DNA from: Candidatus Omnitrophota bacterium
GTDB taxonomy: Bacteria; Omnitrophota; Gorgyraeia; JAFGHF01
Reading direction: 5' to 3'
Assembly: GCA_042571705.1 (NCBI GenBank)
Contig: JBHPFV010000002.1
Location: 46,822-110,821 of the forward strand
DNA: 64,000 nucleotides
Shown: piece by piece, positions 8,143 to 18,431 of the stretch
Numbering within the stretch: position 1 is the stretch's first letter
How the letters are laid out: the number at the start of each line of letters is the position of its first letter
Made by a program: the position numbers and the translations under genes
Notes under the pieces: generated by a model
Seen by the model: the letters and a program-made list of their open reading frames with translations, nothing else
What the model was told of the DNA's origin: nothing
The model's database searches: none

Positions 8143-8931
8143 TTAAGCGAATTTAGAGTTGAAATCGGAAGGGATGCTGTATTGACGTTCGGTTAATTTA
8201 GCGGACAAGATCCTGCGGATATTAAAAGTGCGCAGAGCTACACGCAAATGACAAAAACCCACTATTCTTCCCAATTCTAAAGCATAAATATCGATTTGGC
8301 GGCGGCGTCTTCCGTCTTGGGCATTGGTTGAAGAATATTCAATTTCCAGTGTCCGGTGTTCCCGGAAGGCCACTTCGATTAGCCCGCTGACTGTTTGACC
8401 TTGGGCCCAGCTGACCGGAATCGTCTCCAGCCTTAAAGCCCGACGATAAAGCAGATGACCTCGGGTCTTCCCGTATTCATAAAGTTCGCGCGTAACTTGC
8501 ACGTCCTGTTGGCAATATTTAATCAGCTGATCAATCTCCCCGGCGCGGAAATATTTGAGCGCATCCAGGCCGGTGGCGCTTTTTCCGTGATTAAGCGTGG
8601 CCTGGGCAAGGGCGTTTAGCCCCAAGCGGTGGCCTAAGTAGCTCTCGACTTCAGTGAAAATATCCAATTTTTTAAGTTGAGTCAGATCAAAATTAAAGTA
8701 TGGCTGTAAGACCGGAAAGTCAAACTTAATAATATTAAAACCAATAATGAATTCCGCTGCCTTGAGATACGGCTCCAGCAGGTTTAAGTCTTTTTCTAGA
8801 AAGTTCTTGTACTGGCCTTCTGAATATGAGTAAATCCCCACCACCGAAACGCCCATCAAATCTAAGCGCCGGTTTTCCACTTGGCCAAAGCTCTTTTTAG
8901 TCTCTAAATCCAAGACGATTTTTCCAGACAT
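8143..8931 (-). CDS. RNase H-like (PolB-exo/YprB-type) 3'-5' exonuclease fused to a C-terminal WYL domain
   Basis: N-terminus IVLDLETK ... GFNIIKFDFPVL ... YCQQDV (DEDD-like exonuclease fold). C-terminus LEIEYSS..RRRRQIDIYALELGRIVGFCHLRVALRTFNIRRIL fits the WYL consensus (..Y..R.v.P..l...WYL.a.C.lR...R.FrldRI). Confidence 0.6.
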   Translation of the reverse strand: MSGKIVLDLETKKSFGQVENRRLDLMGVSVVGIYSYSEGQYKNFLEKDLNLLEPYLKAAEFIIGFNIIKFDFPVLQPYFNFDLTQLKKLDIFTEVESYLGHRLGLNALAQATLNHGKSATGLDALKYFRAGEIDQLIKYCQQDVQVTRELYEYGKTRGHLLYRRALRLETIPVSWAQGQTVSGLIEVAFREHRTLEIEYSSTNAQDGRRRRQIDIYALELGRIVGFCHLRVALRTFNIRRILSAKLTERQYSIPSDFNSKFA

Positions 8932-8996
8932 TCACTCGCTCGCTTCGCGGCTACGCGGCTACGCGCTCAACTAGCTGTTTAACCAAAAAACGTTTT

Positions 8997-9254
8997 TTAC
9001 CCTGTTACCTTAAATACCAGGTCATGTTCCCGCACATGCTCATTAACTTTCAAACCGACCTGCTCGCCTACTTTGGCTTCCTGGACTTGTTTATGCTCAA
9101 TCTCTAATGCGCTCACTGTCTGCTGGAAGTCGCTGGTGTGGCCCTTAAAATGCAAGGTCTCGCCAACCTTAATCCCCTCTGCCTCAACCTTAATTATGCC
9201 CACACCGATGTGCCCAAAATAATGTGTGACTACGCCAATCTTTTTCTCTTCCAT
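8997..9254 (-). CDS. Small conserved hypothetical protein (85 aa), possibly a beta-barrel resembling EF-Tu domain 2
   Basis: Intact ORF in an operon-like array with PilZ and rnhB. No recognisable catalytic motif. Confidence 0.4.
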   Translation of the reverse strand: MEEKKIGVVTHYFGHIGVGIIKVEAEGIKVGETLHFKGHTSDFQQTVSALEIEHKQVQEAKVGEQVGLKVNEHVREHDLVFKVTG

Positions 9255-9269
9255 TAGCCACCATCCTTT

Positions 9270-9644
9270 TTAAGGTTTATTGTTATGGTCGATATGCTCA
9301 GAGACATAACGATTGAGATTAAAGCGATCGAAATCACTGATCCCCGTAAATTCAACCCCGGTATCATACTTTTCTTCTGCCCCGTCTTTGATTTTGCGCT
9401 GCCAGACCACTCTGCCTAAGGCATGGATCGGGTCTTTTAAATCCGGGACCTTAATCAACAATTGCAGAGGTGTATCCGCAGGAAAGACCTGATCCAATAC
9501 TAAACAGAGACCGCCGGCGCTGATATTTTTTGAAAACACATCTATCCCGCCCGGCTTGCCAATTATAGTATAGCTTACGTCTACGGAAGTCTCTAAACGC
9601 GCGAACTTCCTTCTTTCTTCACTGGGCCATCCTCTTTTTTGCAT
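9270..9644 (-). CDS. PilZ domain protein (putative c-di-GMP receptor)
   Basis: RxxxR motif (RRKFAR) and D/NxSxxG motif (NISAGG) in the correct order. 124 aa. Confidence 0.7.
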   Translation of the reverse strand: MQKRGWPSEERRKFARLETSVDVSYTIIGKPGGIDVFSKNISAGGLCLVLDQVFPADTPLQLLIKVPDLKDPIHALGRVVWQRKIKDGAEEKYDTGVEFTGISDFDRFNLNRYVSEHIDHNNKP

Positions 9645-9656
9645 CAGTCCACCTCC

Positions 9657-10316
9657 TTATCTTTTAAACTTTACAAACTTGCTGACTGGATAAAAACTGT
9701 GGCGATGAATGGGTGTAATCCCGTATTTTCTGATTGCCCGCAGGTGGGCTTTGGAGTAATACCCGCGATTGGAACTAAACTGATAACGCGGGTAAACAAC
9801 GGAATAATAACTCATCAACTCATCCCTGAGGACCTTAGCCACAATTGAGGCTGAGGCGATGGAGAGACTTAGCTGATCCCCCTTAACAACAGTGCGATAT
9901 GGGACTGGTAGCAATCCATCATTAAATCTACCGTCAATCAGAGCAAACTCAGCTGATACGCTTAAGGCCTGCAGGGCCTGTTTCATTGCCAAAATAGTCG
10001 CTTGAAGGATATTCACCCGGTCAATCACAAGATTAGGTATGATTCCGATGCCAATGAAGCTCTGGCGCGTTATTTCTCGAAAGGCGTCCCGGCGTTTTAC
10101 AAAAGAAAGCTTCTTGGAATCAAAAATCCTGTTCGCAAACGAATAATTTTTCAGGATCACGGCCGCGGCCACCACCGGGCCGGCTAAGGGACCGCGTCCA
10201 GCCTCATCTACTCCGGCGATCAGCTTAAACTTTTTAGGAAACAGGCGCCGCTCATATCTTCTTAATTTCGCATTATGCCTGTTCCAATTACTGGGCGATT
10301 TTTGTCTTTTTGCCAA
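9657..10316 (-). CDS. rnhB: Ribonuclease HII
   Basis: AGVDEAGRGPLAGPVV active-site motif. 219 aa. Confidence 0.9.
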   Translation of the reverse strand: MAKRQKSPSNWNRHNAKLRRYERRLFPKKFKLIAGVDEAGRGPLAGPVVAAAVILKNYSFANRIFDSKKLSFVKRRDAFREITRQSFIGIGIIPNLVIDRVNILQATILAMKQALQALSVSAEFALIDGRFNDGLLPVPYRTVVKGDQLSLSIASASIVAKVLRDELMSYYSVVYPRYQFSSNRGYYSKAHLRAIRKYGITPIHRHSFYPVSKFVKFKR

Positions 10317-10623
10317 TTTTCTTTCTTAAATAATATAATTTGGCTCTTCTGACCCGACCTTTACTAATTACTTCGATTTTATCGACTGATGGGGAATTAA
10401 GCGGAAAAGTCCGCTCTAATCCTTCACCGTAGGAAACCTTGCGTACCGTAAAGGTTAGATTGGTGCCCCGGCCACGTTTGCGAATCAAGGTGCCTTCAAA
10501 AACCTGAATCCTGACCTTATCTTCTTCGCGAATCTTGACATGTACCCTGACTGCGCTGCCGACTCTAAGTTCAGGCAAATCTTTTTTTAGATGCGCGGCT
10601 TCAACCATATTGATTTGTTTCAT
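10288..10623 (-). CDS. rplS: 50S ribosomal protein L19
   Basis: Highly conserved L19 sequence (VGSAVRVHVKI.E..K.RIQVFEG..I). Confidence 0.95.
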   Translation of the reverse strand: MKQINMVEAAHLKKDLPELRVGSAVRVHVKIREEDKVRIQVFEGTLIRKRGRGTNLTFTVRKVSYGEGLERTFPLNSPSVDKIEVISKGRVRRAKLYYLRKKIGKKTKIAQ

Positions 10624-11327
10624 CTTGTAATTGCTCCTTTCCTACCCATTTTTAATAAGTCCGGTCTTTTTTTTCTGGTTGCCTCCACAGCCTTAGCTTT
10701 ACGCCAGTCTTCAATTAGGCGATGGTTACCGGAAAGCAAGACCTCCGGAACACTCATCCCCTGAAATACGGCCGGCCGTGTGTACTGCGGATATTCTAAG
10801 AGCCCCTGGTTAAATGACTCAGCAACTGTCGATTCGGCTTTACCTAAGACCTTGGGAATCAAACGCACTACACTGTCAATCAGCACCATGGCCGGCAACT
10901 CTCCGCAGGTCAATATAAAATCGCCAATAGAGATCTCGGTATCGGCCAATTTTTCGCCGACCCGCTGATCGACTCCTTCGTAATGACCACAGATCAGGAT
11001 CAGATGCTTATATTTAGCAAGCCGCTTAGCCAAGCGCTGATCAAGCTTTTTGCCCTGAGGTGTTAAGAGAATTGTCATCACTGCGCTACTGCTGCGTTTG
11101 CCTTTAAGCTTAGCCACCGCAGAGAAAATCGGCTCAGGCCGAAATACCATTCCCGGGCCGCCGCCAAAAGGACGGTCGTCAATTTTGCGCTGCCGATTAA
11201 TAGCGTGCTCTCTTAAATCATGAATCCCGATTCGGACTAAACCTTTTTTTTGCGCCCGCTTAATAATCGATTCGTTTAATACCGGCCCAAACATCTTCGG
11301 GAAAATCGTAATTACATCTATTTTCAC
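10620..11327 (-). CDS. trmD: tRNA (guanine37-N1)-methyltransferase TrmD
   Basis: KIDVITIFPKMF...GGGPGMV. Likely GTG start at 11327, preceded by AAAGGTGG SD. The track's upstream M at 11423 adds 32 non-conserved residues. Confidence 0.9.
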   Translation of the reverse strand: MKIDVITIFPKMFGPVLNESIIKRAQKKGLVRIGIHDLREHAINRQRKIDDRPFGGGPGMVFRPEPIFSAVAKLKGKRSSSAVMTILLTPQGKKLDQRLAKRLAKYKHLILICGHYEGVDQRVGEKLADTEISIGDFILTCGELPAMVLIDSVVRLIPKVLGKAESTVAESFNQGLLEYPQYTRPAVFQGMSVPEVLLSGNHRLIEDWRKAKAVEATRKKRPDLLKMGRKGAITR

Positions 11328-11440
11328 TGAACCACCTTTAGCCAAGAGGACCTGGTCTCGCCGGATTATACACCCAATATGCGGACCTGGTCCCTTTAAT
11401 AGCGCAAACCATTGCCCGCTCAATACGCAAAAAGGTACCG

Positions 11441-11683
11441 TTAAACTAGACCCTCTTTCTTTAACAGGCTCCTCACGGTATCACTAGGCACTGCTCCCGC
11501 TTGCAACCACTGCTGCGCTTTGACCCGATCAATTTTTACCAACGGTGGATTTTTTGAAGGATCATAATAGCCTAAATTGGCAATTTCCCGGGCATCGCGG
11601 GCCCTCAAGCCATCACAGACAATAATTCTTGAATGCGGCTTCATTTTTGTGCCTAGTCTCTTCAATCTAATCTTTACAGCCAT
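11441..11683 (-). CDS. rpsP: 30S ribosomal protein S16
   Basis: MAVKIRLKRLG.K..P.YRIVV pattern. Confidence 0.9.
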   Translation of the reverse strand: MAVKIRLKRLGTKMKPHSRIIVCDGLRARDAREIANLGYYDPSKNPPLVKIDRVKAQQWLQAGAVPSDTVRSLLKKEGLV

Positions 11684-11702
11684 CGCCTACTCCCTTTCTT
11701 TC

Positions 11703-12965
11703 TTATTCTTTTTCTCTCCAAATCTTTGCTCCCAAACCGGAAAGCTTCTCTTCCATTTTTTCATAGCCACGGTCTAAATGATAAACTCTTGAAATCTCAG
11801 TCTTGCCTTGGGCCACCAAAGCGGCTAAAACCAGGCTGGCCGAGGCCCGCAGGTCTGAGGCCATCACCGGAGCGCCGCTTAATTTGGCCGTCCCCTTGAT
11901 AATTGCGCTTGAGCCTTCTTTCATAATTTGGGCGCCCATCCGGCTTAATTCGCTAATGTGCATGAACCGCTCGGGATAAATCTTTTCCGTAATCACACTA
12001 ATGCCGGATGAGACCGACATCAAAGCCATCATTTGAGCCTGCAGGTCGGTGGGAAAGCCCGGAAAAGGCAAGGTAGTAATATCCACGGGCTTGAGTCTTT
12101 TGGACGACTTAACATGTATGGCGTCACCTATATTTTTAATCACTACACCGACATCCCTTAATTTATCAATTAATGCCCCCAAATGCCCGATGCATACGCC
12201 CTTAATAGTGATCTCACCCTTAGTCATCGCGCAGGCTAAAATATAGGTCCCGGCCTCAATGCGGTCGTTAATGATTTGATGTTCGACGCCGTGTAGTTTC
12301 TGTACGCCCTCGATCTCAATTGTGTGCGTGTTCTGGCCCTTAATCTTAGCTCCCATCTTGACTAAGAAATTAGCCAAATCAACAATCTCCGGCTCACAGG
12401 CCGCATTCTCAATGATCGTTTTTCCCGGTGTCAGCGTGGCCGCCATGATAACATTAGCAGTAGCCAAAACTGATGAACCAAACGGCCCGCCTAGATAAAT
12501 CCTGGCTCCTTTTAACTTTTTTCCGTCCGCAATAACATATCCATGCTCAATCTTTATCTTCGCGCCCAAGCCACTTAAACCTTTCAGGTGTAAATCAATT
12601 GGTCGTGGTCCGATTACGCAGCCTCCGGGCAAGGATACCCGGGCTAACTTCTGCTTTGCTAAAAGTGGTCCGAGCACACAGATTGAGGCCCGCATCGTAC
12701 TGACCAATTTGTAGTCGGCGGTAATGTTGTTATATTTAGTGGGCTCAACGATAACCCGGCTATCTTGAAACTGGGTCTTGACCCCTAAGCTACGTAAAAT
12801 CTTAACCATCGTCTGAACATCGCGCAGATTAGGCACATTTTTAATAACACACAACTCATCAGTGAGCAATGTCGCCGCTAAAATAGGTAAAGCCGCATTT
12901 TTAGCGCCACTAATCTGGACCAGGCCGTTAAGCTTTTTTCCTCCTTCAATAATTAGTTTGTCCAT
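11703..12965 (-). CDS. murA: UDP-N-acetylglucosamine 1-carboxyvinyltransferase MurA
   Basis: [29 protein letters not shown]. 420 aa. Confidence 0.9.
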   Translation of the reverse strand: MDKLIIEGGKKLNGLVQISGAKNAALPILAATLLTDELCVIKNVPNLRDVQTMVKILRSLGVKTQFQDSRVIVEPTKYNNITADYKLVSTMRASICVLGPLLAKQKLARVSLPGGCVIGPRPIDLHLKGLSGLGAKIKIEHGYVIADGKKLKGARIYLGGPFGSSVLATANVIMAATLTPGKTIIENAACEPEIVDLANFLVKMGAKIKGQNTHTIEIEGVQKLHGVEHQIINDRIEAGTYILACAMTKGEITIKGVCIGHLGALIDKLRDVGVVIKNIGDAIHVKSSKRLKPVDITTLPFPGFPTDLQAQMMALMSVSSGISVITEKIYPERFMHISELSRMGAQIMKEGSSAIIKGTAKLSGAPVMASDLRASASLVLAALVAQGKTEISRVYHLDRGYEKMEEKLSGLGAKIWREKE

Positions 12966-13861
12966 AGCTCCTGCTTCTTTTGCGCAATCAATACTCTATA
13001 TTTTTGATTGTAGTCCTGCGTTATTGAAGAAAACATCAGCCCGGGGTGTTTTGTTAAAATCTCAATGATCGGCTGTTTTTGCTCTTCGCCAATCTCACAA
13101 ACCAAAACACCTTGGGTCTGTAAATACTCAGAAGCCTGGGCTATAATCATCCGGTAATAGTCCAGCCCGTCTGGACCGCCGTCAATAGCCAGCTTAGGCT
13201 CATAATTTAATTCGCGAGGCAGCTGCGAAATCTGCGCTGTTTTGATATAAGGCGGGTTGCTGACGATTAAAGAGAACTGCCGATCTTTCTTAAAGGCATT
13301 GAATAAGTAGCTTTTAACTAAAGAAATGTTGACCCGGTTTAAAAGGGCGTTCTCCTGGCTCAATTTTAAAGCAGAATCAGATATATCGCAAGCAAAAATT
13401 TTGGCATTACTCAAATACTTCGCGCAACTTATGGCAATATTCCCACTGCCACAACCTAGGTCTAGGATTTTCGGGGCTAGACCTGTGTCTAGGATTTTCG
13501 GGGCTAGACCTGTGTCTAGGATTTTACTAAAACTATCTTTCAGCCGAAGCACAGTTTCTACCAAAACTTCAGTTTCCGGCCGGGGAATAAACACGCCCGG
13601 TCTGACCTTAAATGGCAGCCCCATGAATTCTGTAGTTCCCAGTAGATATTGTAATGGCAAACCATCCGCCCGCTCAGACAATAGCCCCCAAAAACGCCTT
13701 AGTTTTGGGGCGTAAACCTGAACATTATCAAGATAGAGCTCAATCCGGGCGCAACCCAGCACATGCGCAAGAAAGAGTTCGCTTTCTCCTTGAGCATTGG
13801 CAATGCCGCTTTGCGACAAGAAATTATATCCTGCTTTAAGCAATCCTAAGCGGTTATTCAT
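12953..13861 (-). CDS. prmC: Release factor glutamine N5-methyltransferase PrmC (HemK)
   Basis: SAM motif [14 protein letters not shown] and NPPY catalytic motif (IVSNPPYI). Contains an in-frame duplicated nonapeptide ILDTGLAPK x2. Confidence 0.85.
   Translation of the reverse strand: MNNRLGLLKAGYNFLSQSGIANAQGESELFLAHVLGCARIELYLDNVQVYAPKLRRFWGLLSERADGLPLQYLLGTTEFMGLPFKVRPGVFIPRPETEVLVETVLRLKDSFSKILDTGLAPKILDTGLAPKILDLGCGSGNIAISCAKYLSNAKIFACDISDSALKLSQENALLNRVNISLVKSYLFNAFKKDRQFSLIVSNPPYIKTAQISQLPRELNYEPKLAIDGGPDGLDYYRMIIAQASEYLQTQGVLVCEIGEEQKQPIIEILTKHPGLMFSSITQDYNQKYRVLIAQKKQELWTN
13461..13514. repeat. Perfect 27-nt x2 tandem direct repeat inside prmC (a partial third unit follows)
   Basis: tctaggattttcggggctagacctgtg is repeated exactly twice, then tctaggatttt. 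Each unit contains the short inverted repeat ggtctag/ctagacc. It encodes [18 protein letters not shown] immediately before the SAM motif. Confidence 0.85.
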
Positions 13862-14928
13862 AGTTTAAGCCGTCGTTTCTTGTCCTCAAGGACTAAGGCC
13901 GCGGTGATCTCCTCCAGTCCGCCGTTCAAAACCGATTCTAACTTATGCACAGTCAAACCGATCCTGTGATCAGTAACCCGGCGATCCGGAAAGTTATAAG
14001 TGCGAATCTTCTCACTGCGATCCCCTGAGCCCACTTGTGACTTACGGGTCTGGCTGATCTGATCTTTCTGATCTGTCTGAATCTTATCTAACAGCCGGGC
14101 CCTCAAGACACGCATGGCCTTGACTTTATTTTTTAGCTGTGAGCGCTCATCCTGACAACTGACCACCAGCCCCGAAGGCAGATGCGTAAGCCTGACCGCA
14201 GAATCAGTGGTATTTACGCCCTGTCCACCCGGGCCGGTAGCACGATAGAGATCCACTCTAATATCTTTAGGTTCGATCTTGACTTCTACTTCCTCAGGTT
14301 CAGCTAAAACAGCGACTGAGACCGCCGAGGTATGTATCCGTCCTTGAGTCTCGGTTGCCGGGACCCGTTGTACGCGATGCACTCCACTTTCATGTCTCAA
14401 CTTAAAGTAGGCGTCTTTGCCCTGTAAGGAAAAAACAATTTCCTTAACCCCGCCAATTGCTGTTGGCCGGGAACTTAAAAGCTCCATTTTCCATCCTGAG
14501 TTGGCGGCATACTTACTATACATCCGGTATAAATCAGCGGCAAACAAGGCGGCCTCGTCTCCCCCGGTCCCGGCCCTGATCTCTACAATAATGTTCTTAT
14601 TGGCCCCGCTTTCCTCGGCAATGAGCGAGTCTTCTAATTCCTGCTTTAACTTTTGCTGCTGTTGTTTAAGTTCCGCTGCTTCCGCTTTAGCCAGATCGAT
14701 GAATTCCTGATCCTGTTGATGCTGAGGATCTTCCAAAAGCACCTTAGTTTGTTCCAATTCACGGCCGATGGCCTGATAGCGCTGATGTTTTTTTACAATC
14801 TCAGACAAATCAGCAAATTCTTTAGCGCACTTTGCGTACTGGCTTTTATCTTTTAAAGTCTCCGGAGCAGCCAAAAGATCCTGTAATGTCTTGTGGCGCT
14901 GCTTTATCTTTTCTAAACGCTCAAACAT
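13858..14928 (-). CDS. prfA: Peptide chain release factor 1
   Basis: PAT tripeptide (RVPATE) and GGQ motif ([14 protein letters not shown]). Confidence 0.95.
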   Translation of the reverse strand: MFERLEKIKQRHKTLQDLLAAPETLKDKSQYAKCAKEFADLSEIVKKHQRYQAIGRELEQTKVLLEDPQHQQDQEFIDLAKAEAAELKQQQQKLKQELEDSLIAEESGANKNIIVEIRAGTGGDEAALFAADLYRMYSKYAANSGWKMELLSSRPTAIGGVKEIVFSLQGKDAYFKLRHESGVHRVQRVPATETQGRIHTSAVSVAVLAEPEEVEVKIEPKDIRVDLYRATGPGGQGVNTTDSAVRLTHLPSGLVVSCQDERSQLKNKVKAMRVLRARLLDKIQTDQKDQISQTRKSQVGSGDRSEKIRTYNFPDRRVTDHRIGLTVHKLESVLNGGLEEITAALVLEDKKRRLKL

Positions 14929-14952
14929 GCTTATGGTCTATTTGGTTTTCAG

Positions 14953-15159
14953 TTATTTTTTGATATTGCCGTATTTGCGCTTAAACTTCTCTACTCGGCC
15001 CGCGGAATCAACAAATTTCTGTTTTCCGGTATACAAGGGATGGCACTTAGAACAAATCTCTACACGGATGTTTTGCCGTGTGGAGCGAGTGTGGATTACC
15101 TCTCCGCAAGCGCAGGTGATCGTCGTATCTTTATATTCTGGGTGGATTTTTGGTTTCAT
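14953..15159 (-). CDS. rpmE: 50S ribosomal protein L31
   Basis: MKPKIHPEY...CxC...CxxCHP zinc-ribbon L31. Confidence 0.9.
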   Translation of the reverse strand: MKPKIHPEYKDTTITCACGEVIHTRSTRQNIRVEICSKCHPLYTGKQKFVDSAGRVEKFKRKYGNIKK

Positions 15160-15168
15160 CTTAACCTC

Positions 15169-16428
15169 CTATATCAAATTTAATTTATCCAACGACATCA
15201 AAAACTCAGCATTCGTCTTAAACTTCCTGATTTTTCCAATCAAAAGCTCCATCGCCTCTACTGTGCTTAAGTCATGTAAGGCCTTACGCAAAATCCAGAC
15301 CTTTTTTAGCTCTTCCGGATCCAGCAGTAATTCTTCACGGCGGGTGTTGGAGCGTTTAATGTCAATCGCCGGGTAAATTCTACGCTGGAAAAGGTTGCGG
15401 TCCAATTGCAATTCCATGTTTCCGGTGCCTTTAAACTCTTCAAAAATAACTTCATCCATCCGGCTGCCGGTATCAATCAAGGCAGTAGCGATAATGGTTA
15501 ATGAGCCTCCTTCTTCAACGCTGCGGGCGGCGCCGAAAAAACGCTTGGGTTTGTGTAGGGCGCTGGAATCCACGCCACCGGTCAAGATCTTTCCGCTATG
15601 CGGGGCGATTGTATTATAGGCCCGGGCCAGACGGGTAATGCTGTCCAAGAGAACCACTACGTCTTTTTTGTGCTCAACCAGCCTTTTGGCCTTCTCTAAG
15701 ACTACCTCGGCCACCTGAATGTGCCGCTCGGCCGGCTCATCAAAAGTAGAGCTGATCACCTCGGCCTTGACCGAACGTTCCATGTCGGTTACCTCTTCCG
15801 GACGTTCATCTATTAATAAAATAATCAACATTGCCTCAGGGGCATTGGCGGTAATGGCATTGGCCACTTTCTGCATAATCACGGTCTTGCCGCTGTAGGG
15901 CGGAGCGACAATTAAGGCCCGCTGTCCTTTCCCCAGAGGAGTAATTAAATCCATAATCCGCGTGGAGATTCCATCTGCAGAGGCCTCCAGCAAATATCGA
16001 TCTTTAGGATAGAGCGGAGTAAGGTTATCAAATAGAATTTTGTCTTTGGTCCCTTCCGGATCGGAAAAATTAACCGCCTCTACTTTAAGCATGGCGAAAT
16101 ATTTTTCCCCTTCTTTTGGTGGGCGGATCTGGCCGCTGACCGTATCTCCCGTTCGTAAGGCAAATTTGCGAATCTGTGACGGAGAAATATAAATATCGTC
16201 CGGGCAAGGTAAATAATTATAATTAGGAGAGCGCAGGAAGCCAAAGCCATCCTGCAGGATTTCTAATATCCCTTCCCCGAAGATCCGGCCTTCCTTCTGG
16301 GCTTGAGCCTGCAGCAGCTTAAAGATCAATTCCTGTTTCTTCAGGCCGCTGGTCCCGTTAATCTTAAAGTCCTTGGCCAGTTTACTCAACTCAGGAATCT
16401 TCATATTCTGCAAATTAGTAATTTCCAT
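15169..16428 (-). CDS. rho: Transcription termination factor Rho
   Basis: N-terminal RNA-binding region (GFGFLR), Walker A GKT, 419 aa. Confidence 0.95.
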   Translation of the reverse strand: MEITNLQNMKIPELSKLAKDFKINGTSGLKKQELIFKLLQAQAQKEGRIFGEGILEILQDGFGFLRSPNYNYLPCPDDIYISPSQIRKFALRTGDTVSGQIRPPKEGEKYFAMLKVEAVNFSDPEGTKDKILFDNLTPLYPKDRYLLEASADGISTRIMDLITPLGKGQRALIVAPPYSGKTVIMQKVANAITANAPEAMLIILLIDERPEEVTDMERSVKAEVISSTFDEPAERHIQVAEVVLEKAKRLVEHKKDVVVLLDSITRLARAYNTIAPHSGKILTGGVDSSALHKPKRFFGAARSVEEGGSLTIIATALIDTGSRMDEVIFEEFKGTGNMELQLDRNLFQRRIYPAIDIKRSNTRREELLLDPEELKKVWILRKALHDLSTVEAMELLIGKIRKFKTNAEFLMSLDKLNLI

Positions 16429-16441
16429 ACTCTCCTCCGTT

Positions 16442-17071
16442 TTAGACGGTTAAATCTTGCCAAATTTTTCTTACTTGTTTACGTGTCTGCGCCAGCGTCC
16501 CAGAATTATCGATCACATAGTCAGCTAGTTTAACCTTAACTGATAAGGGGGCTTGGGAGCGAATCCTCTTGATTGTCATTTGTTTAGATAACCCTTGAGC
16601 TTTTTTTAATCGTTTAACAATCAGGCCTTGCTTAGCTTTGACAACAATTAATGTATCTACAATGTTTAGTAAGCCCGCCTCGATTAAAAGCGGGGCATCT
16701 ACTAAAACTAATCTTTGCTTTTGGTTGCGGCTTAATCTTTTTAGTCTCTGCTTGATGCTGCTGATAATTGCCGGATGAGTGATCCGGATCAGTTTTTTAA
16801 GCAACTTGGGCTCGGCAAAAACCTCATCACCCAGCTTCTTCCTGCAAATCTCTCCCCGCGTTGTTAGAATATCACGGCCAAAAACAGAAATTATTTTTTT
16901 ATAAACCCCTCCGGTTGAATCGATTAACTGATGATAGGTCTGATCGGCATCGATCACCACCGCCCCCAGTCGCTTGAACATTCCGGCAGAGGTGGTCTTT
17001 CCCGAACCAAAGCAACCGGTCAAGCCCAAAACCTTGATCTTAGTTTTAATTCTGCCTGCCGCTGAGCACAT
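16442..17071 (-). CDS. coaE: Dephospho-CoA kinase
   Basis: [13 protein letters not shown]-loop followed by VIDAD. Overlaps the glgA stop by about 26 nt. Confidence 0.85.
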   Translation of the reverse strand: MCSAAGRIKTKIKVLGLTGCFGSGKTTSAGMFKRLGAVVIDADQTYHQLIDSTGGVYKKIISVFGRDILTTRGEICRKKLGDEVFAEPKLLKKLIRITHPAIISSIKQRLKRLSRNQKQRLVLVDAPLLIEAGLLNIVDTLIVVKAKQGLIVKRLKKAQGLSKQMTIKRIRSQAPLSVKVKLADYVIDNSGTLAQTRKQVRKIWQDLTV

Positions 17072-18431
17072 TTTTGTATAAATTGATATATTTTTTTGCC
17101 GAACTATCCCAGGAAAAATCGTAACCCATCACCCGCCGAATTAACTCAGGCCACTGTTGTTGCGGGCGCTGATACAATTCTTGGGCTCGGGCGATGGCTT
17201 TGAGCATCTGGGCCCCGGTATTTTTATGATAAACAAAACCATTGCTAACTCCTGAGCCGGGATCGTAATCGCTAACCGTATCGGCCAGACCCCCGGTCTG
17301 GTGCACAATCGGGATGGTCCCGTATTTAAAAGCGATCAACTGGCCCAACCCGCAAGGCTCATAAAAAGAAGGCATCAGAAAAAAATCGGATCCGGCATAA
17401 ATCTTATGCGCCAGCATTTCATCAAAGCGTAAATTGACTGAAAACCGGCCACTGAATTTTTTGCTGAGCTCCCCAAGCGATAGATGATACCTTTGTTCTC
17501 CGGTACCCAAAATCACCACTTGTAACTTCAAATCGAGCAGTTGTTCAATAGTGGAGATAACTAGTTCCATTCCCTTCTGTTCGGCTAAACGCCCGACCAT
17601 CCCGATCAGCGGCAGCTTTTGATCTGCAACTAATCCCAATTCGTCTTGCAGACCGAGTTTGTTAATGGCCTTATCGGCATAACTTTGCTCCCCATATCGC
17701 TGAAAGATTTTATCATCATTTTGCGGATCCCAGACTTTAGTGTCTAAACCGTTGATAATACCGATTAAATCTTTCTTACGGCCCCTTAAGACACCATCCA
17801 ATCCGCAGCCAAACTTTAAGGTCTGAATCTCCTCAGCGTAAGTCGGACTGACCGTAGTTAGAAAATCGGAAAAAACCAGTCCCCCTTTGAGCAGATTAAT
17901 CTTGCCGAAGAACTCCAGGCCGCGGATACTGAATAACTCTTTGTCCAAACCGGTCTGATCAAACTTATCTCTGGGGAAAAGACCCTGATAGGCCAGGTTA
18001 TGAATAGTAAATATTGTTTTTGTCCCGTTAAAAAAATGGTCATTAGCAAAAACTGTTTTTAAATAAACCGGGATCAGCGCCGTCTGCCAATCATTACAAT
18101 GGATTATATCCGGTTTAAAATCAGCCTGTTTAATTAATTCTAACGTCTTTTGACAAAAGAACGTAAACCGTTCTAAGTTATCCGGATGATCCCCTTGCTC
18201 TGTTCCGTATAATCCGGACCGGTCAAAATATTTTTCGTTTTCAATAAAATAGACCTCTATATTCTGGCCTAATTTTCCGGCCTTGTTTTGCAGACCGCGA
18301 TATTTAGGCAGGGCCACCTTAACTTGGCAGCCTAATTTTTCTAATGCTTCGGGCAAGGCCCCGCTGACATCAGCCAGACCGCCTGTTTTTGCAAAAGGAA
18401 ACACTTCACTGGAGCAGAATAAAATCTTCAT
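17046..18431 (-). CDS. glgA: Glycogen (starch) synthase GlgA
   Basis: N-terminal KTGGLADV motif of the GT5 family. 461 aa. Confidence 0.85.
   Translation of the reverse strand: MKILFCSSEVFPFAKTGGLADVSGALPEALEKLGCQVKVALPKYRGLQNKAGKLGQNIEVYFIENEKYFDRSGLYGTEQGDHPDNLERFTFFCQKTLELIKQADFKPDIIHCNDWQTALIPVYLKTVFANDHFFNGTKTIFTIHNLAYQGLFPRDKFDQTGLDKELFSIRGLEFFGKINLLKGGLVFSDFLTTVSPTYAEEIQTLKFGCGLDGVLRGRKKDLIGIINGLDTKVWDPQNDDKIFQRYGEQSYADKAINKLGLQDELGLVADQKLPLIGMVGRLAEQKGMELVISTIEQLLDLKLQVVILGTGEQRYHLSLGELSKKFSGRFSVNLRFDEMLAHKIYAGSDFFLMPSFYEPCGLGQLIAFKYGTIPIVHQTGGLADTVSDYDPGSGVSNGFVYHKNTGAQMLKAIARAQELYQRPQQQWPELIRRVMGYDFSWDSSAKKYINLYKNVLSGRQN

Noticed and set aside
8985-8998. Perfect palindrome AAAAAACGTTTTTT at the stop codon of the 85-aa gene
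   Set aside because: It is AT-only, so it is not a Rho-independent terminator stem. It is probably a chance or low-complexity feature. A nearby GCGGCTAC x2 micro-repeat was also judged too short to interpret.
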